Below, piece after piece: positions 45,777-52,991 of a stretch of 52,991 nt of DNA (positions are counted from its first letter, which is position 1; each line of letters begins with the position of its first letter). Both the position numbers and the translations under genes were made by a program. This DNA is from a virus. Lineage: Duplodnaviria; Caudoviricetes. Under the pieces are notes generated by a model that searched no databases, had not been told where the DNA came from, and saw only the letters and a program-made list of their open reading frames with translations. Where the stretch lies: positions 1 through 52,991 of IMG/VR virus record IMGVR_UViG_3300009425_000021; one strand, written 5' to 3'.

Positions 45777-47060
45777 ATGGCGATTTCAGTTAAAACAGTA
45801 GCAGACAAAGTATTCAACTTATTAAAAGGATATGGTTTTGCTGTTGACACTTACGATAAAGAAGGCGTTACAGTAGGCGATCCTGCAGATGCAGTACGTT
45901 TTTACGTTGAAGATCCAGACTTACTAGTTACACTTAATGTACCTCAAGAAGAAATTAAGTTTAGTGTTAGTGCAAATACAGAAGAAACTGACATTTTACG
46001 ACAGCAACTCAAACAGTTATCCCAAAGTTACTTGATGAACTTAGACTTCAGAGTATTTGGGAAAACACTTAAACCAATAAGCGATGCAATAAGTGTTGCA
46101 AAAGCATCTAAAGAGACAGGTATGGAATCAGTAACAGAAGCAAATTTAGGACCGGTAAGCGGTTCAGTAAAAACTAGTTATCAACCACTAGACAACGTTA
46201 AGATTATTGTTAAGCACAGTAAAGACGTTAATGAAGAAGTACGTGGTTCGAGAAGCAGAAACATTAATAAGATTTTTATTCAAGCGAACGAAGAACGTCA
46301 TTTGTTCCCAAGTAAAAACTTACATGGTGCAAGAGCAATGGCTAGGCACATACACAATGGTGGCACAATGCACGACACAGTCGCTGAAAGCATTATTGGA
46401 ATGTGTAAAGACTTTGGTTCTATCAAAGAGTTTGTTGGGTATGTTACTAAGAAAGGGTTGGTTAATGAGACTAATGGCGAGTATGTCTCACTTGCTAAAG
46501 AACATATTGAAAACATTAGAACTACATTTAAGAAACTTAGCGGTGTAAAAACTTATGCAAATGCTGTTGAAAGTTTAGCAGAATTTAATAACGTTGAAAT
46601 AGTTAATGAAGTAAACTTAGAAGATCACTTCACTGAAACACATTTTGACGAAAAAGTAGGAAATGCACATAATACATTAAGTAGATTAGTTAATAAGCAG
46701 TCCGCTTTTGAAAGTTACATAATGGATACTATCCAAACTGAAGCATTTAAGAATGCTAAAACACTTATGCAAGAAAGTGATGTAATGCAGTTTGATACAC
46801 CTAATGCACAATTAGGATATAGAGTATCACAACTAGGGCAATCTGCAACTAGCGAGAAGTTAGGCGGATACTTAAATGGTATAGGTAGCAAGTTATCTGG
46901 AGGAGGCAATATGTCTCAGTTTGAATACAGAGCGGTTAAGGCATCATTGCTTTCAGCACAGAATTCAGCACCAGTTATGGCAGAAAGTACAGACGATTTA
47001 GGTAAGTATGAATCCTTCCTAGACACGTTTACTAGTACTGATAAGCCTTTTGCTCAATAA
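45777..47060 (+). CDS. Hypothetical late protein
   Basis: GATAAATA at 45750 plus AGGAG SD; RSRNI..IFI..NEER..FP..L.GARAMARH motif. Confidence 0.75.
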   Translation: MAISVKTVADKVFNLLKGYGFAVDTYDKEGVTVGDPADAVRFYVEDPDLLVTLNVPQEEIKFSVSANTEETDILRQQLKQLSQSYLMNLDFRVFGKTLKPISDAISVAKASKETGMESVTEANLGPVSGSVKTSYQPLDNVKIIVKHSKDVNEEVRGSRSRNINKIFIQANEERHLFPSKNLHGARAMARHIHNGGTMHDTVAESIIGMCKDFGSIKEFVGYVTKKGLVNETNGEYVSLAKEHIENIRTTFKKLSGVKTYANAVESLAEFNNVEIVNEVNLEDHFTETHFDEKVGNAHNTLSRLVNKQSAFESYIMDTIQTEAFKNAKTLMQESDVMQFDTPNAQLGYRVSQLGQSATSEKLGGYLNGIGSKLSGGGNMSQFEYRAVKASLLSAQNSAPVMAESTDDLGKYESFLDTFTSTDKPFAQ

Positions 47061-47117
47061 AAAGACGGTTTAAAGTGCCGTAAGGCATAAATACTATTAC
47101 AATAAAGACAACGATTG

Positions 47118-47167
47118 CTATCACGTGATAGAAAAAGGTTGACAACATGGCAAAGATATATTATAAT
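47118..47167 (+). promoter_or_regulatory. Sigma70 promoter for gp32 with upstream perfect palindrome
   Basis: Palindrome CTATCACGTGATAG at 47118-47131; AAAAGG-TTGACA-N17-TATAAT at 47139-47167; late CATAAATA at 47086. Confidence 0.8.
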
Positions 47168-47228
47168 AACCCAAGTTAGGACACAAACACAGAAGTCCTG
47201 ACACACATGGCACATATGGAGAAATAAC

Positions 47229-48269
47229 ATGGCATCTTTACAAGAAATTAGAGCTAAACTGGCCTCTATGGAATCTAATTCCAAACCAAACAGTTCATCA
47301 AACGGCGGCGACAACGCCATTTACCCCCACTGGAATATCGACGAGAACACTAGTACAACACTAAGGTTTTTGCCTGATAGCGATCCCGACAACACTTTTT
47401 TCTGGGTAGAAAGACAAATGATTCGTCTTACTTTCCCTGGAGTAAAAGGTGGAGACATGAAACCAGTAACAGTACAAGTACCTTGTGCAGAAATGTACGG
47501 CGACACTTGTCCAGTATTAACTGAAGTACGTCCTTGGTTTAAGGATGCATCTTTAGAAGACCTAGGTCGTAAATATTGGAAAAAACGTAGTTACATCTTT
47601 AACGGATTTGTAACTGAAAATCCACTAAGCGAAACAGCACCTGAAAATCCAGTAAGGCGTTTTGTAATCTCACCACAAATCTTTAACATTATTAAATCAG
47701 CACTAATGGACCCAGATATGGAAAACATTCCAACTGACTATACTGCTGGAACAGATTTTAGAGTTACTAAAACAACTAAAGGACAGTATGCTGATTACAG
47801 TACTTCAAAATGGGCTCGTAAAGAGCGTGGCTTGGATGAAACTGAACTAGCGGCGATTGACGCAAATGGCTTATTTACACTTTCAGACTTTTTACCTAAA
47901 AGACCTGGACAAGACGAACTTAACGCAATTAGCGAAATGTTCCAAGCATCGGTTGACGGTGAGTTGTATGATCCAGAGCGTTGGGCAATGTTCTACAAGC
48001 CTTATGGCGTAGAAACACCTAAGTCAGCAACACAACCTACTACAGCACCTGTGCAAACAGCGGCACCGGTAGCGGCTCCAGTAGCGGCTCCAGTTGCAGA
48101 AGCGACAGCAGACATTCCGTTTGATGTTACGCCAACAGCGGCACCAGTAGTAGCAACTGCACCAGCACCAGCACCAGTGGCACCAGTTGCCCCGGCGGCT
48201 CCTGCGGCAGAAAGTGATGCAAAACCTAGTGCAGATGACATTCTGAACATGATTAGAAACCGTTCTTAA
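47229..48269 (+). CDS. Single-stranded DNA-binding protein (T4 gp32-like)
   Basis: LRFLPD, CPV, YWKKRSY, KGQYADYSTS; Ala/Pro-rich linker; upstream of UvsX. Confidence 0.9.
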   Translation: MASLQEIRAKLASMESNSKPNSSSNGGDNAIYPHWNIDENTSTTLRFLPDSDPDNTFFWVERQMIRLTFPGVKGGDMKPVTVQVPCAEMYGDTCPVLTEVRPWFKDASLEDLGRKYWKKRSYIFNGFVTENPLSETAPENPVRRFVISPQIFNIIKSALMDPDMENIPTDYTAGTDFRVTKTTKGQYADYSTSKWARKERGLDETELAAIDANGLFTLSDFLPKRPGQDELNAISEMFQASVDGELYDPERWAMFYKPYGVETPKSATQPTTAPVQTAAPVAAPVAAPVAEATADIPFDVTPTAAPVVATAPAPAPVAPVAPAAPAAESDAKPSADDILNMIRNRS

Positions 48270-48279
48270 GGAGTACAAC

Positions 48280-49398
48280 ATGCAGAAACCATTTGACTTA
48301 ACAAAGTTCCGAACAGGAATCACGAAAAGTATCGCTGGCATCAGTGCTGGCTTTCATGATCCACAGGATTGGATATCAACTGGTAACTACACTCTTAACT
48401 ACCTAATTAGTGGGGACTTCCAAAAGGGAGTTCCTCTAGGTAAAGTAAGTGTATTTGCAGGAGAGTCTGGTTCAGGTAAATCGTTTATCTGTTCAGGTAA
48501 CTTAGTGCGTAATGCACAACAACAAGGCTGTCAAGTAGTATTATTTGATAGTGAGAATGCACTAGATGAAGATTGGCTACAAGCATTAGGCGTTGATACA
48601 ACACCTGAGAAATTATTGAAGATTGGCGTCTCAATGATTGATGATGTAGCAAAAACAATTAGTGACTTTGTAAAAGACTATAAGTCTAACTATGGTGACC
48701 TACCATATGCAGAGCAACCTAAATTACTATTCGTAGTGGATAGTTTAGGAATGTTGCTTACACCTACCGATGTTGCACAGTTTGAAAAAGGCGACATGAA
48801 AGGTGATATGGGTAGAAAGCCTAAGGCATTAACAGCCCTAGTTAGAAATACAGTTAACCAACTAGCACCACATCCAATCGGACTTGTTGCAACTAACCAT
48901 ACATACGCATCGCAAGATATGTTTGACCCTGATGATAAGATATCAGGTGGACAAGGATTTGTATATGCTTCAAGTATTGTAGTAGCAATGAAGAAGTTGA
49001 AACTTAAAGAAGACGAAGACGGAAATAAAGTATCGACAGTACAAGGTATTAGAGCGGCATGTAAAGTAGTGAAAACACGTTACAGCAAACCGTTTGAAAG
49101 TGTACAGATTAAAATTCCGTATGAATCAGGCATGAATCCTTACTCAGGTATTTTAGAATTACTTGAGCAAAAAGGAATCGTTGTAAAAACTGGTAATAAA
49201 CTAGAATATACATCACCTGTTACAGGCGAAGTTATTAAAGAGTTTAGAAAGCAGTGGACTGAAGAGAGACTTCAAATAGTAATGGATGAATGGAATCAAA
49301 TACCTGATGCAAACTATCATGATGATTTTAGTGATTTAGTTGACGATGAGACTTTAGTAGATGAACCTACTGTAGAGGAGTTGGCAAATGAATCCTGA
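48280..49398 (+). CDS. uvsX: RecA-like recombinase UvsX
   Basis: AGESGSGKS Walker A, FDSENA, VVDSLG, TNHTY, SGGQG..YASS. Confidence 0.93.
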   Translation: MQKPFDLTKFRTGITKSIAGISAGFHDPQDWISTGNYTLNYLISGDFQKGVPLGKVSVFAGESGSGKSFICSGNLVRNAQQQGCQVVLFDSENALDEDWLQALGVDTTPEKLLKIGVSMIDDVAKTISDFVKDYKSNYGDLPYAEQPKLLFVVDSLGMLLTPTDVAQFEKGDMKGDMGRKPKALTALVRNTVNQLAPHPIGLVATNHTYASQDMFDPDDKISGGQGFVYASSIVVAMKKLKLKEDEDGNKVSTVQGIRAACKVVKTRYSKPFESVQIKIPYESGMNPYSGILELLEQKGIVVKTGNKLEYTSPVTGEVIKEFRKQWTEERLQIVMDEWNQIPDANYHDDFSDLVDDETLVDEPTVEELANES

Positions 49399-49618
49399 TT
49401 TAGATTTTCTAGTAGAAATTTGGGACGGTATGAAAAATTACATTACCAAGAAAGACAGGCTACAGGCGGCAGAACAAATCATTACTATTTTTGATGAGAA
49501 TGCCGACCTTGCTGATATTCAAGCAAATATCAACATGTTTGACTCGGCTATGAAAAATGCAATTATTGGGCATTTTGGTCTAGACGAAGATGAAGATGAC
49601 GCAGACTGGGAAGAATAG
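49388..49618 (+). CDS. Small acidic hypothetical protein
   Basis: GAGGAG SD; lies between uvsX and uvsY. Confidence 0.75.
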   Translation: MNPDLDFLVEIWDGMKNYITKKDRLQAAEQIITIFDENADLADIQANINMFDSAMKNAIIGHFGLDEDEDDADWEE

Positions 49619-49620
49619 AC

Positions 49621-50082
49621 ATGGCAGGGTGGTTTAATTCAGTTGTCGAGGATCTAAGCAAAATTGTAGGATCCATAGACTATTTTGAGAAAGAACTCCA
49701 AGAAGCAAAATACGAATGTACCATTAAAGGGAGCCTCGAGAAATTGAGTGCCTCCCTCCCTGGTATTACTGAGCATCGCTTTAATCAGTTACAAGAGATT
49801 GAAGCAATTCTCGAACACTTAAATATAGAACTTCGTAGAGAACGTTCTAAAGTATTCCGCAAGTACTTTGAAAGTTATAACAGAACACTTACTAGTAGAG
49901 ATGCTGAAAAGTTTGTTGATGGTGAGGAAAGTGTAATTAACTTACAGCACCTTTGCAACCAATACAGTCTTTTACGCAATAAGTACCTAGGCATTATGAA
50001 AGGCTTAGATACAAAGCAATGGCAAATCGGACATATTACACGGTTAAGAACTGCTGGTATGGAAGATATTTCAATAGGTTAG
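49621..50082 (+). CDS. uvsY: Recombination mediator UvsY-like
   Basis: Helical; Y.RTLTSRDAEKFVDG, KGLD.KQWQI; downstream of uvsX. Confidence 0.8.
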   Translation: MAGWFNSVVEDLSKIVGSIDYFEKELQEAKYECTIKGSLEKLSASLPGITEHRFNQLQEIEAILEHLNIELRRERSKVFRKYFESYNRTLTSRDAEKFVDGEESVINLQHLCNQYSLLRNKYLGIMKGLDTKQWQIGHITRLRTAGMEDISIG

Positions 50083-50086
50083 CGAA

Positions 50087-50548
50087 ATGCAAGATGCTGG
50101 ATGTAGGAACCAGGATATGATCCACGTCCAAGTTATAGGACAAATCAGAAACAAACAATTAATAGAACGAGTCAGTGAATTATTACTCGAGAATATTATC
50201 ACTACAAAATTAAGACGCCCAATAGATATTACAGTCAATATATTAACCGTTTGCGATGAACAAGCTGGCGGCTATTGTTGGGGCGATAGATCAACAGTTG
50301 AAATAGAAATAGCTAGAACGTCAAACGAACATAATTACTCACGTGAAAAAATGCTAACTAATTTAACACACGAATTAATCCATGCAAAACAGTTTATAAT
50401 GGGAGAGATTACTCCTACTATGAACATGTGGAAACAGCAGGAAATAAATCGTGCTAAAGTTCCTTACAGTCATCAACCCTGGGAGCGAGAAGCATATCGT
50501 TGGGAAAAACGTTTATATGAAAATTACTTCCAAAAATTAAGGGTATAA
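50087..50548 (+). CDS. Zincin-like metallopeptidase-domain protein
   Basis: HELIH (HExxH), then QPWEREAY; start may be ATG 50117. Confidence 0.75.
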   Translation: MQDAGCRNQDMIHVQVIGQIRNKQLIERVSELLLENIITTKLRRPIDITVNILTVCDEQAGGYCWGDRSTVEIEIARTSNEHNYSREKMLTNLTHELIHAKQFIMGEITPTMNMWKQQEINRAKVPYSHQPWEREAYRWEKRLYENYFQKLRV

Positions 50549-50554
50549 AAAAGG

Positions 50555-50583
50555 TTGACATAAGGTACCCTTTTTAGTATAAT
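50555..50583 (+). promoter_or_regulatory. Sigma70-type early promoter
   Basis: AAAAGG-TTGACA-N17-TATAAT. Confidence 0.85.
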
Positions 50584-50614
50584 AGTTAGTACAAAGCAAA
50601 ACTAGGTGCATAAT

Positions 50615-50809
50615 ATGAGTAATGAAAAAGTAACTATCCAGACTGAATCGGGATTTGAGTTTAAATATGACAGGGAATTAAGTTACCTGCAAAACTACCA
50701 AAAGTGGCGTGTTCTTAATCAACAAGAACGTAGTGCGTATAATGAGACACATTTGTCCGCTGAAGAAGCCGAGCAATCATTTTCACAACAATATGGAAAC
50801 TTTAAATAA
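50615..50809 (+). CDS. Hypothetical protein
   Basis: AGGT SD before ATG 50615; downstream of an early promoter. Confidence 0.7.
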   Translation: MSNEKVTIQTESGFEFKYDRELSYLQNYQKWRVLNQQERSAYNETHLSAEEAEQSFSQQYGNFK

Positions 50810-51358
50810 ATGACAACTCATGCAATGATTGATATTGAAACATTGGCTACTAAGCCTAATGCTGTAGTATTAACTGTTGGCGGAGTTAAGTTTAATCCGT
50901 ATAGTGCAGAAGAGCCACATACCCCATTTAGTGTAAGATTAGACATCGATGAACAAACTGCTAAAGGCAGAGTTATTGATCCTAATACTATTGACTGGTG
51001 GGGAAAGCAAGATAAAGCAATCCAGGCTGAAGCGTTCTCAGATGAGGACAGAGTTTCAGTAACGGACTTTATTGCAGACCTTAACAAATGGCTAAATGGC
51101 ACTGAACTTAAATGGGCTCAAGGATCTAGGTTTGATTATGGTATCCTTGAAGACCTAATTGAGAATAGTTTTGAACAACACAAAAATTGGTTCTTTTGGC
51201 AAGAAGCTGATAGTAGAACACTAGGACAACTGGTTCCAAAGGATCTGCGTAAAGACGATTCGGGCAATCAAAAAGACCTTCACTCAGCACTCGCTGACGC
51301 ATACAACCAAGCAAAAGCAGTACAGAAAGCATATTTGCACTTAAATATCACTGAATAA
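50810..51358 (+). CDS. DEDDh 3'-5' exonuclease (DexA-like)
   Basis: MIDIETL, FDYGIL, HSALADA. Confidence 0.88.
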   Translation: MTTHAMIDIETLATKPNAVVLTVGGVKFNPYSAEEPHTPFSVRLDIDEQTAKGRVIDPNTIDWWGKQDKAIQAEAFSDEDRVSVTDFIADLNKWLNGTELKWAQGSRFDYGILEDLIENSFEQHKNWFFWQEADSRTLGQLVPKDLRKDDSGNQKDLHSALADAYNQAKAVQKAYLHLNITE

Positions 51359-51382
51359 TTTACCACTATTTGTGGTAAAAGG

Positions 51383-51497
51383 TTGACATCACCCCTAAAA
51401 GGTAGTATAATATATACTTATTAGACAATAAAGGAAAGGAAGAAAAAGCCAATAAAAGCGGTAAAAGGTTGACATTGGTCCTAGAATTTAGTATAAT
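51383..51497 (+). promoter_or_regulatory. Two tandem consensus sigma70 promoters
   Basis: GGTAAAAGG-TTGACA-N17-TATAAT at 51383-51411 and again at 51469-51497. Confidence 0.88.
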
Positions 51498-51538
51498 ATA
51501 CATAAGTTAATAAGAAGGGCTTATTAATAATAATCATA

Positions 51539-52606
51539 ATGTCGGGGATGACTAATATGACAAACATGAAGAAAAATAAACTAAACTATGTAAAGATTAA
51601 GGCTGGTACTTACCGTAAAAACGATATCGTTGATACAGTATTTCCGATTATTAAGCCACTTAACATAGGTAAGAAAGGTGCGTTTATTACTGTAGACGGT
51701 AGTGAAGTAATGGGAGACCTGTTCGCTAGTATTAGAGTACTTATAGAAGATCCAACACAGGATCTAGAATATGTAACTCCTAGCGTTTATGCAGAGCAAC
51801 CAAAAATTGACCTGAAGCCTAAGAAAGAAGAGAATGACGAAGAAGCTATTGAGCGTATCAGAGAACGTTTTGATATCCTTGATAGAATGACACATGCTGT
51901 AGCAGAAGGTACAGTACGTGGTATGATTGTTAGTGGTCCTCCAGGAGTTGGTAAATCTTATGGTGTAGAAACTGTACTAGAAGATTACGATATGCTTACT
52001 GAGGTTGCTGGCAAGCCTGCAAGAACTGAAGTTGTAAAAGGTTCAGTTACCCCAATTGGTTTATTCCAAACACTATATAACAATTCAGAAGCAGGTAACA
52101 TACTTGTATTTGATGACTGTGATAGTGTGTTGTTTGATGAAGTATGTTTGAACATGCTTAAAGCAACTTTGGACTCAGGTAAGAAAAGAACTATTACTTG
52201 GAAGTCAGAATCACAAGCACTTCGTAGAGAAGGTATCCCAGATAGATTTGAATTCAAAGGTGGTTGTATCTTTATTACTAACGTAGACTTTGAAAACGTT
52301 CGTTCTAAAAAGATTAAGGATCACTTAGCGGCACTTATGTCAAGATGTCACTACTTGGATCTTACAATGAACTCTATTAGAGATAAGTTCCTTAGGATTA
52401 ACCAGATTGTTAAAGATGGTATGCTTGAAGAATACAAGTTTGGTGTAGATGGTGACCAAGAAATAATTAACTTTATGACCACTAACCAAGAAGCTCTTAG
52501 AGAGATATCGTTGAGAATGGTTTTGAAGATATCGGATCTTAGAAAAATGGATCCTGCTAATTGGGAAAAACTTGCAAGAACTACTTGCATGAAAGGAACA
52601 ATTTAA
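51539..52606 (+). CDS. P-loop (AAA+-like) ATPase
   Basis: GPPGVGKS Walker A, LVFDDCD Walker B, IFITN sensor; start could be a downstream Met. Confidence 0.85.
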   Translation: MSGMTNMTNMKKNKLNYVKIKAGTYRKNDIVDTVFPIIKPLNIGKKGAFITVDGSEVMGDLFASIRVLIEDPTQDLEYVTPSVYAEQPKIDLKPKKEENDEEAIERIRERFDILDRMTHAVAEGTVRGMIVSGPPGVGKSYGVETVLEDYDMLTEVAGKPARTEVVKGSVTPIGLFQTLYNNSEAGNILVFDDCDSVLFDEVCLNMLKATLDSGKKRTITWKSESQALRREGIPDRFEFKGGCIFITNVDFENVRSKKIKDHLAALMSRCHYLDLTMNSIRDKFLRINQIVKDGMLEEYKFGVDGDQEIINFMTTNQEALREISLRMVLKISDLRKMDPANWEKLARTTCMKGTI

Positions 52607-52614
52607 TAAGAAAA

Positions 52615-52699
52615 GAACTAACAGTTCCCCCGGTGCTCGATTGTTAGTCATCCCCTAAATGGAGCACCACGAAGCCCGGATCCCCTCCGGGCTTCACCT
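52615..52699 (+). ncRNA. Candidate small RNA / hairpin cluster with UCCCC motifs; the last hairpin may be a terminator
   Basis: GGTGCTC/GAGCACC stem with ATCCCCT in the loop; GAAGCCCGGA-TCCCC-TCCGGGCTTC. Confidence 0.35.
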
Positions 52700-52726
52700 T
52701 ATGTGTAATTAAGTACTAGAAATTAC

Positions 52727-52754
52727 TTGACTTTGGCACAGTAAAGTGTATAAT
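52727..52754 (+). promoter_or_regulatory. Sigma70-type promoter
   Basis: TTGACT-N16-TATAAT. Confidence 0.7.
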
Positions 52755-52802
52755 TACTTATTGTTGAAAGACAAAAATAATAACATTTAAAAAAGGAGAA
52801 GT

Positions 52803-52991
52803 ATGAACAAGATGTTTACTTTTGCCGCCATAATGCTATTTGCATTCCAGGCCCAGGCAGAGAATATAGAAGAAGTCGTAGTATATGCCCAAGAGGTTAA
52901 AACTACAAAAGCAAGTCCATTAACAAGTACAACTTTATTTGAGGCAATAATGCCTGAGAAGACTTGGATGGCAGGTGGTTACGGAGCAAGT
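52803..52991 (+). CDS. TonB-dependent receptor-like protein, N-terminus (truncated by window)
   Basis: AAGGAG SD; MNKMFTFAAIMLFAFQAQA signal peptide, then ENIEEVVVYAQ TonB-box-like motif; open to the window end. Confidence 0.55.
   Translation, partial: MNKMFTFAAIMLFAFQAQAENIEEVVVYAQEVKTTKASPLTSTTLFEAIMPEKTWMAGGYGAS

Noticed and set aside
48002-48341. Minus-strand Ala/Gly- and Cys/Trp-rich ORFs
   Set aside because: Antisense shadows of the Ala/Pro linker of gp32.
1-52991. Genome-wide stop-codon reassignment
   Set aside because: Core genes are full length in the standard code, and TAA, TAG and TGA are all used as stops.

Overview
This 53-kb window comes from a large, AT-rich T4-superfamily (jumbo-type) myophage, probably infecting a marine or aquatic Proteobacterium. 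Core genes: two modular tail-fibre-like proteins, neck gp13/gp14, tail terminator gp15, sheath gp18, tube gp19, head-completion gp4, terminase, gp32, UvsX, UvsY, dNMP kinase, and tRNAs Ser(GCU), Trp(CCA) and Ala(UGC). The main accessory feature is a ~13-kb late locus (5.5-18.8 kb) that looks like a phage-encoded envelope-spanning apparatus. It has CsgF/CsgG curli secretion components, two curlin-repeat proteins, a FecR-domain protein ending in a curlin-like tail, a lipoprotein with an apparent programmed -1 frameshift, an Asn/Thr-rich amyloid-like secreted protein, a large acidic NIDO-like secreted protein, and a CHASE2 class III adenylate cyclase. Other notable observations: many late genes appear leaderless (TAAATA-N5-ATG); tRNA-Trp has features associated with UGA suppression; there are three recombining tandem dioxygenase-like paralogues, an FNR/radical SAM/FabZ module, candidate structured ncRNAs, and the start of a TonB-dependent-receptor-like gene. 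All calls come from reading motifs by eye; no database searches were run.
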